A stretch of 64,000 bases of DNA. It comes from Trueperaceae bacterium (GTDB taxonomy: Bacteria > Deinococcota > Deinococci > Deinococcales > Trueperaceae). The stretch lies in NCBI GenBank assembly GCA_034520945.1, contig JAXHNB010000010.1, positions 1 through 64,000 on the forward strand, in the 5' to 3' direction. Below are positions 34,786 through 44,095 of the stretch, piece by piece; position 1 is the stretch's first letter, and every line of letters begins with the position of its first letter. The notes beneath the pieces are model-generated. The model did not search any database. It saw nothing but the letters and a program-made list of their open reading frames with translations, and was not told the DNA's origin. Made by a program: the position numbers and the translations under genes.

Positions 34786-35397
34786 GTGCGCCGGGTGTTG
34801 ATCGTGCTGTGGTCGGTGGTGCTGGTGGCCTTGATCGTCACGCGGTTCTGGCCCAGCATCGAGCGGGTCGAGGTGATCGGCGGCCCGCACCACGACGCCG
34901 AAGCCGTCCGGCAACTGGCGCGCGTCGCGCCCGGCGATCCGCTGCTGTGGGTCACTCGGTGGCGGGTGCGGGACCTTTCGAACGACCCGTGGGTGCGTCG
35001 GGCGCGGGTGATCCGGCATTGGCCCGACGCGGTGGCGATCCGCGTGTGGGAGCGTGAGCCGCTGGCGCGCAGCGGCCCGGGCGAGGACGCGCACGTGTGG
35101 GCGAAGGACGGCACCCGCCTGCCTGGCGCGAGGCCGGAGGAACGCGCCGATCTGCCCGTCCTGGAGGGGTGGGGTGGCGATCGCAGCGAGGAGGCGCTGA
35201 GGCTGCTTCGCCTCCTCACGGACAGGGAACCGGAGGTGGTACAGTACTCGCCGGAAGGCTTCGAGATCACGCTTTCCGACACGGTCCTCTTCACACCCGA
35301 CCTCGCGGCGATGCGACGTCAATGGGCCGCCGTCGAGAGCCACCGAGGGGGACGGTTGGCCGTCTACCCGTGGGGAGTGAGTAAGGCGAATGAGTGA
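34786..35397 (+). CDS. ftsQ: Cell division protein FtsQ/DivIB
   Basis: TM plus POTRA-like domain (PWVRRARVIRHWPDAVAIRVWER); located before ftsA. Confidence 0.85.
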   Translation: MRRVLIVLWSVVLVALIVTRFWPSIERVEVIGGPHHDAEAVRQLARVAPGDPLLWVTRWRVRDLSNDPWVRRARVIRHWPDAVAIRVWEREPLARSGPGEDAHVWAKDGTRLPGARPEERADLPVLEGWGGDRSEEALRLLRLLTDREPEVVQYSPEGFEITLSDTVLFTPDLAAMRRQWAAVESHRGGRLAVYPWGVSKANE

Positions 35398-36622
35398 CGA
35401 ACGCATCATCGTGGGTCTGGACATCGGCACCACCAAGATCTGCACGGTCATCGGCGAAGTGCCGGGCGACGGCGTGCTGGACGTCATCGGCGAGGGAACC
35501 GTCGCCAGCGACGGAATCCGCAAGGGTGTGGTCGTGAACCTGGAGCGCACCATCGAGTCGGTGCGCCAGTCGATATCCGCTGCCGAGCGGGTCGCCGGGG
35601 TCACCGTCGAGTCCGCCTGGCTGGGCGTCGCCGGGAACCACCTGCGCGCGTTCACGAGCCACGGGATGGCCGCCATCCGACGCGGGCAGGAGGTCACCCG
35701 AAACGACCTGGAGCGCACCATCGAGAACGCCCGCGCCGTGCCTCTGGAAAGCCACATGGACGTCCTGCACGTCATTCCACAGGAGTACGTGGTCGACGGC
35801 AACGACGGCATCAAAGACCCTGTCGGCATGTCCGGCGTGCGGCTCGAGGTGGACGTGCACATCGTGGCCGGGGCGCAAGGGCCGCTGGCCAACCTCAGGC
35901 GCTGCGCCGAGGACGCCGGCATCGCCGTCGACGGCATGGTGATCCAGGGGCTCGCCTCTGGCCTGGCGGTGCTGAACCGCAACGAACAGGACCTCACCAC
36001 GCTGTTGATCGACATCGGCGGCGGCACCACCGACGTCGGGGTGTTCCGGCGGGGCGTGCTGGCCCACTCGGCCGTGATCCCGTTGGGCGGCGATCACGTC
36101 ACGCAGGACATCAGCCAGTTGCTGCGCATCCCCCCCGACGAGGCCGAGCGCGTGAAGCGCCGCCACGGCGTGGCGCAACCGGAGCTGGCCGACCGCGAGG
36201 TGGTCCTCGAGGTCACCAACCCCAGTTACACCGCCAGCATCTCCACCTTCGAACTGGCGCAGGTCATCAAGCCACGTGCGATGGAGATCCTCGACCTCGT
36301 CAAGCGCAACATCGAGCAACGCATGGGCGCCCTCGAGCTCAGCGCCGGCAACGTCGTCCTCACCGGCGGCGCCAGCCTGATGCCGGGCCTCGAGGCGCTC
36401 GCGGCCGAACGGTTCCGCCTGCCGGTCCGCACCGGCCGTCCGGCCGGTGTGTCCGGACTCACCGACGTGGTGGCCGGGCCCGCCCACGCCACCGCGGTAG
36501 GGTTGGTGCGGTACGGCATGCAGCATGCCTCCCACGCACCGGCCACGCCGGCGGGTCGCGGGCAGGGCGAGGGAAACCCCGTGCTTCGCCGCGTCCGCGA
36601 CATCCTCAGGGACTTCTTCTGA
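35390..36622 (+). CDS. ftsA: Cell division protein FtsA
   Basis: GLDIGTTKI, DIGGGTTD, VVLTGG, C-terminal amphipathic helix. Confidence 0.97.
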   Translation: MSDERIIVGLDIGTTKICTVIGEVPGDGVLDVIGEGTVASDGIRKGVVVNLERTIESVRQSISAAERVAGVTVESAWLGVAGNHLRAFTSHGMAAIRRGQEVTRNDLERTIENARAVPLESHMDVLHVIPQEYVVDGNDGIKDPVGMSGVRLEVDVHIVAGAQGPLANLRRCAEDAGIAVDGMVIQGLASGLAVLNRNEQDLTTLLIDIGGGTTDVGVFRRGVLAHSAVIPLGGDHVTQDISQLLRIPPDEAERVKRRHGVAQPELADREVVLEVTNPSYTASISTFELAQVIKPRAMEILDLVKRNIEQRMGALELSAGNVVLTGGASLMPGLEALAAERFRLPVRTGRPAGVSGLTDVVAGPAHATAVGLVRYGMQHASHAPATPAGRGQGEGNPVLRRVRDILRDFF

Positions 36623-36683
36623 TTCCGAGGCGCCCCCCTCGTTCGATCGACTCTCACCGCCGAGACCCGGCCTGGAGGCTCCC

Positions 36684-37745
<1,062 letters not shown>

Positions 37746-37764
37746 GCGGCGGGAGGCCCCGGCG

Positions 37765-38319
37765 ATGAGTCCCGGTGGAGACGGGCCCGAGGCGCCCGAC
37801 GTCGGCGGGCCGCAGGCGGAGCGCCACCGCGAGACGATCTGGACCGGCCGGATCGTCACGCTGGAGGTACTGGACGGCCGCTACGAGGTGGCGCGGCACG
37901 CCAACGCCGTGTCGGTGCTGGCCACCCGGCCCAGCGGCGAGGTGCTGGGCGTGATCCAGGACCGCCCGGCGATCGGCCGCGAGGCGTGGGAGTTGCCCGC
38001 CGGCCTGATCGAGCCGGGCGAGGAACCCGCCCGCGCCGCCGAGCGAGAGCTGCGCGAGGAGACCCAGTTCACCGCGAATCTCACCTTCGTGACGCGCATG
38101 TTCGTCAGTCCCGGCTTCACGGACGAGGAGGTCGTGCTGTACCAGGCGGGCCCGCTGACGCCGGCGGCCGGCCAACCCGACGAGGGCGAGGAGCTGCGCG
38201 TCGTCTGGCGCGAACCCCGTGAGGTCTGGCGCGAGGTGGCGGCGGGACGCACCGCCACCAGCGCCGTGACGCTGCTGGGTCTGCGTCACCTGCTGGCCGG
38301 GCGTGGGGAGACCCCGTGA
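37765..38319 (+). CDS. NUDIX hydrolase (ADP-ribose pyrophosphatase-like)
   Basis: ELPAGLIEPGE...AERELREET; SPGFTDE. Confidence 0.9.
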   Translation: MSPGGDGPEAPDVGGPQAERHRETIWTGRIVTLEVLDGRYEVARHANAVSVLATRPSGEVLGVIQDRPAIGREAWELPAGLIEPGEEPARAAERELREETQFTANLTFVTRMFVSPGFTDEEVVLYQAGPLTPAAGQPDEGEELRVVWREPREVWREVAAGRTATSAVTLLGLRHLLAGRGETP

Positions 38320-39266
38320 GGGTGGAGCGCGAGGTGCGCGCCCTGGCCTTGGACCGGCCGGTGTTGGCCATCGGCGCGTTCGACGGCGTGCACCTGGGGC
38401 ACCGCGCGCTGCTGGCCCGCATGCGGCGCCTGGCCCATGACGAGGGGCGACCCTCCGCGGTGGTGACGTTCTTCCCGCCCGGCAAGGTCCTGTTCCAGGG
38501 CGTGCCGTTCCTCGCGTCGGAGGCCGAGAAGCTGCAGTTGCTCGGCACGTACGCGCCGGAGGCGGTCGCGATGATCCCCTTCACCCGCGCCTACGCCCGC
38601 ACCGACCCGGCCACCTTCCTGGGCGAGCTGGCCTCCCTCCACCCGAGCGCCATCGTGGTGGGCGAGGACTTCCGCTTCGGCCGAGACCGGGCGGGCGGGC
38701 TGGACGACCTGCAGCACGTGCCCGAGCGAATGGAGGTGTTCCGCCTGCTGCTGGACGGCGAGGAGCCGATCAAGAGCTCCCGCATCCGCGACCTGCTGGC
38801 GGCGGGCGACATGACGGAGGCGGAACGCCTGCTGGGCGCGCCCTACCGGGCGCACGGGCGGGTGGTGGCGGGCGACCGGCGTGGACGCGAGATCGGCGTG
38901 CCGACCGCCAACGTCGCCGTGCCCGAAGGGAAGGCGATGCCGCACGGCGTGTTCGCCGTCCGGGTCGACACGCCGCAGGGCCGGTACGACGGCATGGCCA
39001 ACGTGGGACCGCGCCCCAGCTTCCCCGAAGGCGCCCCCAGCCTCGAAGCGAACCTGTTCGACTTCGCCGGCGACCTGTACGACCAGGAGGTGACGGTGCA
39101 CTTCCTGGCCCGCCTCCGCGGGCAGCGGCGCTTCGACGGCGTGGACGACCTCACGCGGCAACTGGCGCTGGACCGCGAGGCGGCCCAGGCGGCGTTGGCC
39201 GGCCGGGGCGACGCAGGCGCAGGCGCGTCCGGCAGCCCCGGCGCCGACGAGGCGGCGGAGGCCTGA
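38316..39266 (+). CDS. ribF: Bifunctional riboflavin kinase/FAD synthetase
   Basis: GAFDGVHLGH, VGEDFRFG, SSRIR, GREIGVPTAN, NVGPRPSF. Confidence 0.95.
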   Translation: MRVEREVRALALDRPVLAIGAFDGVHLGHRALLARMRRLAHDEGRPSAVVTFFPPGKVLFQGVPFLASEAEKLQLLGTYAPEAVAMIPFTRAYARTDPATFLGELASLHPSAIVVGEDFRFGRDRAGGLDDLQHVPERMEVFRLLLDGEEPIKSSRIRDLLAAGDMTEAERLLGAPYRAHGRVVAGDRRGREIGVPTANVAVPEGKAMPHGVFAVRVDTPQGRYDGMANVGPRPSFPEGAPSLEANLFDFAGDLYDQEVTVHFLARLRGQRRFDGVDDLTRQLALDREAAQAALAGRGDAGAGASGSPGADEAAEA

Positions 39267-39268
39267 GC

Positions 39269-40003
39269 GTGTGGATCTACGGGCACAACCCGGTCCTGGA
39301 AGCCCTCCGCCAACAGGAGGTCCACCAGGTCCTCGTCGCCGACGGCGTCAAGGCGGGCCGCATGCGCGAACTGAGCAAGGCCGCGCGGCAGGCCGGCGTG
39401 GCGACCCGGACCGTCCCCAGGATCGAGCTGGACCGGGCGCTGGGCACGACGGCGCACCAGGGGGTGGCGGCGGAGCTGCCCGAGCTGCACTACGCCGACC
39501 TGGAGGACGCCTTCGCGCGCGCCGACGCCCGCCAGGAGCCGCCGTTGCTGTTGCTGTTGGACCAGGTGCAGGACCCCCGCAACTACGGGGCGATCATCCG
39601 TAGCGCCGAAGTGCTGGGCGCACACGGCGTCGTCACCGAATCGCGCCGCAGCGCGCCCCTCAGCGCGGTCGTGTCCAAGACCTCCGCCGGCGCCGCCAGC
39701 CACCTGCCGCTGATCCAGGTCGCCAACCTCGCCAACCTGCTCCGTTCGCTGAAGGAGCGCGGGGTGTGGGTGTACGGCGCCGACGCCGCGGGCGCGTCGC
39801 GGCCCGAGGAGGTGGACTGGGACCGCCCGGTCGCGCTGGTGATCGGCTCGGAGGGGACCGGCCTGCGCCGCCTCACCAAAGCGTCGTGCGACGAGCTCGT
39901 CCGCATCCCCACCCACGGCACGGTCGCCTCGCTGAACGCCTCGGTCGCGACGGGCGTGCTGCTGTACGCCGTACGGATCGGCCGCGGCCCGGCCCGATCC
40001 TGA
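39269..40003 (+). CDS. rlmB: 23S rRNA Gm2251 methyltransferase (SpoU family)
   Basis: YGHNPVLEAL, HQGV, QDPRNYGAIIRSA, GSEGTG, SLNASVA. Confidence 0.93.
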   Translation: MWIYGHNPVLEALRQQEVHQVLVADGVKAGRMRELSKAARQAGVATRTVPRIELDRALGTTAHQGVAAELPELHYADLEDAFARADARQEPPLLLLLDQVQDPRNYGAIIRSAEVLGAHGVVTESRRSAPLSAVVSKTSAGAASHLPLIQVANLANLLRSLKERGVWVYGADAAGASRPEEVDWDRPVALVIGSEGTGLRRLTKASCDELVRIPTHGTVASLNASVATGVLLYAVRIGRGPARS

Positions 40004-40012
40004 CGCACGCCC

Positions 40013-40057
40013 GCCCTTCACGCGCGAGCCCTTCACGCGCCAGCCCGACCCGCGCGA
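40013..40057. repeat. Three degenerate 15-bp tandem repeats (intergenic)
   Basis: GCCCTTCACGCGCGA / GCCCTTCACGCGCCA / GCCCGACCCGCGCGA. Confidence 0.7.
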
Positions 40058-40121
40058 ACCCGGGCCACGCCCGGCGCTCCGCGCGTCCATCGATCCCCCC
40101 GACCCCGAAGGAGCCCGGCCC

Positions 40122-42110
40122 ATGCCCACCCGCCTCTCACGCCTGACCTCCCACCACCTCCAGGACCTGGTGTTCCTGTCCGACCCCAGGCTCACGGCGG
40201 ACGGGCAGCGCGGCTTCTGCGTTCGCACGCGCGTGCAGGTGCGCGAAGACGGACCGCCCCGCTACCACGCGGAGGTGTGCGAGGTGGACCTGACCGGCGA
40301 CGATCCACCGAACGCGCTGCGCGCCCTCACCACCGGGCGGCACGACGCCGACCATCCCCGGCCCTCCCCCGACGGCACGCGCCTGGCCTTCCTGGCCAAG
40401 CGCGCCGAGGAAGGCGAACGGCAGGTGCACATCCTGGACCTGGCGCGCGGCGGCGAGGCGCACGCGGTGACGACGCTCGCCTCGGGCGCCGGCGCGTTCG
40501 CGTGGCGCCCGGACGGCCGCGCCCTGGTGGTGCTGGGCTCCGACGCGCCGCCCGCGCCGGAGGGGGAGGTGGTGGTGGCCCGGACGGTGGCGCGGCTGCA
40601 CGCCAAGGAGGACGGCCTGCCCGCTCCGGGGATCCGGACCGCCCCGGCGCGCCAGGCCTGGTTCGTCGATCCCGAGCGGGGGCGGACGCGGGTGCTCACC
40701 GACCTGCCGGACGGCGTCACCGACGCGGCGTGGGCGCCCGATGGCCGAACGTTGTGGCTATTGGCGGCCGACAGCGTCGAGGAGGCCGACGATTGGTACG
40801 CCCGCCTATGGCGGGTGGGGGTCGGGGCGCGCGGCAACGTGACGCGGGCCCCCCGCGCGGTGACGGGCCCGCTGCTGCGCCCCGCCTCGCTGGCGGTGGC
40901 GCCGGACGGGACGGCCGTGTACTGGCTGGGCCCCAACGACCCGGAGCAGCTGGCCTCCCCCACCGGCGCGTGGCGCGTGCCGGCGGCGGGCGGCACGCCC
41001 ACGCTGTGCAGCGGCGCGCACGACGTCTCCCCCGCCGTAGGGGGCGACGCCCGGCACGGCCGCTACCCGGCCGGGCCCGTGGCGACCGGCGACGGCCTGA
41101 TGGTGATCCAGCACCGCGAGGGCGCGTCGGTGCCCGCCCTGCTGACACCGAACGGCGAGCTGCACACACGCCTTCCGGGCGAGCGCGCCACCACCGCGTT
41201 CGCGCACGCCGCCGGCCGCACCCTGTGCGTGGTCGAGACGCCCACCCGACCGGGGGAACTGACGCTGATCGAGCCGGACGGGTCGCACGGGAGCGTCAGC
41301 GCGGAGAACGCCGACGCGGCCCGCCGCTTCGCGCGGTCCACGTTCGAGGGGCCGTACGTATCGCCGGAGGACGCGGGCGGCGCGGCGTGGTGGCGCCTGT
41401 TGCCGGCCAAACCGCGACGCGACCACGCCCTCGTGGTGCAGGTGCACGGCGGGCCGCACACCAGCGCTGGGTACGGCTTCTCGTTCGAGCATCACCTGTT
41501 GGCGGCGCGCGGCTACACGGTGGTGATCCAGAACCCGCGCGGCAGCGCCAGCTACGGCGCAGCGCACGCCCTGCAGGTGCTGGGCGCGTACGGAGGCGGG
41601 GACGCCGACGACGTACTCGGCGTGGTCGACGCGGCGCTGTCCGCGCACGCGGACCCGGCCGCGCCGGTGCACCTGGCGGGCGGCAGCTACGGCGGGTTCA
41701 TGACCAACTGGCTGGTCGGTCGGACCGACCGCTTCCGCAGCGCCGTGACGCAACGCTCGATCTGCAACTGGATTTCGTTCTACGGCACCAGCGACATCGG
41801 GTACCGCTTCGCCGAGTACGAAGTGGCCGGGACGCCCTGGGCCGACCTCGGCCGGTTGTGGGACCAGAGCCCCCTGAAGCACGTCGCCAACGTGACGACG
41901 CCGACGCTGGTGCTGCACGCCGAGGCCGACCATCGCTGCCCGATCGAGCAGGCCGAGCAGTGGTTCACGGCGCTGAAGCGACTCGGCCGGGCCGACACCA
42001 AGCTGGTGCGCTTCCCCGACGAGGGGCACGAACTGTCCCGCTCGGGCCGGCCGGACCGCCGCATGCGGCGCCTGGACGAGATCGTCGGCTGGTTCGAGGG
42101 GCACGCCTGA
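40122..42110 (+). CDS. S9 (prolyl oligopeptidase/acylaminoacyl peptidase) family serine peptidase
   Basis: Propeller repeats (SPDG, WRPDG); HGGP, NPRGS, GGSYGG, D in EADHRCP, H in EGHELSRSG. Confidence 0.93.
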   Translation: MPTRLSRLTSHHLQDLVFLSDPRLTADGQRGFCVRTRVQVREDGPPRYHAEVCEVDLTGDDPPNALRALTTGRHDADHPRPSPDGTRLAFLAKRAEEGERQVHILDLARGGEAHAVTTLASGAGAFAWRPDGRALVVLGSDAPPAPEGEVVVARTVARLHAKEDGLPAPGIRTAPARQAWFVDPERGRTRVLTDLPDGVTDAAWAPDGRTLWLLAADSVEEADDWYARLWRVGVGARGNVTRAPRAVTGPLLRPASLAVAPDGTAVYWLGPNDPEQLASPTGAWRVPAAGGTPTLCSGAHDVSPAVGGDARHGRYPAGPVATGDGLMVIQHREGASVPALLTPNGELHTRLPGERATTAFAHAAGRTLCVVETPTRPGELTLIEPDGSHGSVSAENADAARRFARSTFEGPYVSPEDAGGAAWWRLLPAKPRRDHALVVQVHGGPHTSAGYGFSFEHHLLAARGYTVVIQNPRGSASYGAAHALQVLGAYGGGDADDVLGVVDAALSAHADPAAPVHLAGGSYGGFMTNWLVGRTDRFRSAVTQRSICNWISFYGTSDIGYRFAEYEVAGTPWADLGRLWDQSPLKHVANVTTPTLVLHAEADHRCPIEQAEQWFTALKRLGRADTKLVRFPDEGHELSRSGRPDRRMRRLDEIVGWFEGHA

Positions 42111-42137
42111 GCGTTCCTGCGCTCGGTGCGCGCCGCG

Positions 42138-42572
42138 TCAGGCGTCCCCCTCTGCTTGGTCGGTGAGGGTCGCCGTGACGCGCCGCGCGCCGCCGTGCTC
42201 GCGCAGTTCCGCCAGCGCGATCCCCTGCCAGGTGCCCAGCGCCAAGCGGCCGTCGCCGATGGGCAATAGCAGCGACACGCCGAACAGGGCGCTGCCGACG
42301 TGCGCCGGCATGTCGTCCGGCCCTTCCAGCGTGTGCCGGAAGCCCGACCACCCATCCGGCACGGCATGGCGCAGCCAGCGGTCCAGGTCGCGCCGCACCT
42401 CGGGCGAGGCGTTCTCCGTCAACGTCAAGCCGGCGGAGGTGTGGCGCAGGAACAGGTGCAGCAGGCCGACCTTCACGCCGTTCAGGTCGACCCCGCGCAG
42501 GATCTCGTCGGTGATCAGGTGCACCCCGCGCGGGCGGGGGGCGAGGGTGAGGTCGCTGCGTACCATGCGCAT
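42138..42572 (-). CDS. yjbQ: YjbQ/UPF0047 family protein
   Basis: HTSAGLTLTEN, HTLEGPDDMPAH, LGTWQGI; TACCCT 6 nt before ATG. Confidence 0.92.
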   Translation of the reverse strand: MRMVRSDLTLAPRPRGVHLITDEILRGVDLNGVKVGLLHLFLRHTSAGLTLTENASPEVRRDLDRWLRHAVPDGWSGFRHTLEGPDDMPAHVGSALFGVSLLLPIGDGRLALGTWQGIALAELREHGGARRVTATLTDQAEGDA

Positions 42573-42618
42573 GGGCCGAGGGTAGCGCAGTCACGGGCGG
42601 ACCCGGCAGGAACCCTGC

Positions 42619-43494
42619 TCACGGGCCGGCGGCCAGGATGCGGGCCAGCGCCGCCCGCCCGGCCGCCTCCAACGCCGCGTCGGCGTGCCGTGCCGCCCAC
42701 ACCACCGTGCCGGTGGCCTCCAGCAGCATCGGGCCGTCCATGTCGGCCGGCGCGGTGCGGGCGGGGCCGCCGCCCGCGCGGTAGCCGGCGAGGAAGGCAT
42801 TCCGAAGGTCCGGCCGGTCCATCCACGTGAAGGCGGCCAGGCGCGCCAGGTCGGCCTCGGGCAGGTCCGGGCGGGCGTGCTCGAAGTCGATGACGCCGGA
42901 CAAGGCGTCGCCTTCGACCATCCAGTTGCGGGGCCCGAAGTCACGGTGGCACGGCCCGCGCCCCCGCCCGCGCACGCGGGGCAGCCAAGCGTCCAGGCGG
43001 GCGCGGACGCGCCGCGACGCGGTGGGGTCCAACGCCCCCTGCGCCCGTCGCAGCCAGGCGTCGGCCCGGCGGGCGTACGCCTCGTCCACCGCGGTGGCGT
43101 CGGGGTCCTCGAACCCAAGGCGGTGCAGGCGGGCCAGCCAGGCCCCGGCCTGACGGTGGACGCGCGCCGAGGCGTGACCGGTACCCCCGCCGGCTGGGGC
43201 GCCGGGAAGCTCGTCCAGCAGCAGCGCGGCGGGGGCGGCGTCGTGGACGCCCCACAGCCGGGCGGTCCACGGCGACAGGTGCGGTGCCCAGTCCAGGTAG
43301 GCCCTGCGTTCGCGCTGGAACGCGGCACGACCGCCGGGCACCTTCAGCACCGCCGCCGCACCCGAGCGCGCACGTACGCGCCACACCCGCGCGCCGCGGC
43401 GTTCGGACAGGGCGCGGGCTTCGGCGAGGGGCGCGGCGAGCACCGACTCGACGAAGCGCGTCAGCTCGGCGCCAGGGCACGCGGCGTCATCCAT
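42619..43494 (-). CDS. Aminoglycoside phosphotransferase-like kinase (APH family)
   Basis: VLK, LARLH, HRDFGPRN (Brenner motif), IDFE. Confidence 0.82.
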   Translation of the reverse strand: MDDAACPGAELTRFVESVLAAPLAEARALSERRGARVWRVRARSGAAAVLKVPGGRAAFQRERRAYLDWAPHLSPWTARLWGVHDAAPAALLLDELPGAPAGGGTGHASARVHRQAGAWLARLHRLGFEDPDATAVDEAYARRADAWLRRAQGALDPTASRRVRARLDAWLPRVRGRGRGPCHRDFGPRNWMVEGDALSGVIDFEHARPDLPEADLARLAAFTWMDRPDLRNAFLAGYRAGGGPARTAPADMDGPMLLEATGTVVWAARHADAALEAAGRAALARILAAGP

Positions 43495-43500
43495 AGGGTG

Positions 43501-43588
43501 TGCTAGACTACCCGGTCGAATGGCGCGGCCGAGATCGAGCCTCTCACCCTGATCCGGCCGGGTCGACGAATCTGAAGGGAGTCCCCAC
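43501..43588 (+). promoter_or_regulatory. rpsO promoter and structured 5' leader (candidate S15 autoregulatory RNA)
   Basis: Extended -10 TGcTAGACT (43501-43509); stem CGGCCG-A-GATC/GATC-CGGCCG (43526-43560) closed by GTCGA/TCGAC. Confidence 0.5.
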
Positions 43589-43858
43589 ATGGCAATGGAC
43601 GCCAGCAAGAAGCGCGAGATCGTCGGGCGGTTCGGGGCCAGCGACACCGACACGGGATCGACCAAGGTCCAGATCGCGCTGCTCACCGCCCGCATCGAAG
43701 AGTTGGCGCAACACCTGAAGAACAACGAGAAGGACCACCACGGCCGCCGGGGGCTGCTGGTGATGGTCGGCAAGCGCAAGCGCCTGCTCTCCTACCTCGA
43801 GAAGACCGACTACGACGGGTACAAGTCGATCCTCCAGGATCTCGGCCTACGGCGCTGA
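43589..43858 (+). CDS. rpsO: 30S ribosomal protein S15
   Basis: [27 protein letters not shown]; 89 aa. Confidence 0.98.
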   Translation: MAMDASKKREIVGRFGASDTDTGSTKVQIALLTARIEELAQHLKNNEKDHHGRRGLLVMVGKRKRLLSYLEKTDYDGYKSILQDLGLRR

Positions 43859-43927
43859 CCTGCGTGCGTTCGAGCGTATGCAGCCCGAGCACGCACCAGG
43901 GCGGCACGCACGGTTCGGCAGCACCTG

Positions 43928-43957
43928 CGCGGCGGGACGTCATGACGTCCCGCCGCG
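43928..43957. repeat. Perfect 30-bp palindrome in the rpsO-pnp intergenic region
   Basis: CGCGGCGGGACGTCA|TGACGTCCCGCCGCG. Confidence 0.9.
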
Positions 43958-44095
43958 TGCCCTCATGATGTCTTGGCGCCCGCGAGCGACGACGCGACGG
44001 CCGAACGCCCCGCGTCGCCCGCACGCGTCGTCCCCTATCTTGACCGCCGGCCACCGTATGGCCGGAACCCGGAACGCCTAGGAGAAGGAGTCGAT

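Noticed and set aside
40013..40057. CRISPR array (also considered for 23324-23504)
   Set aside because: Repeats too short, no unique spacers, no cas genes.
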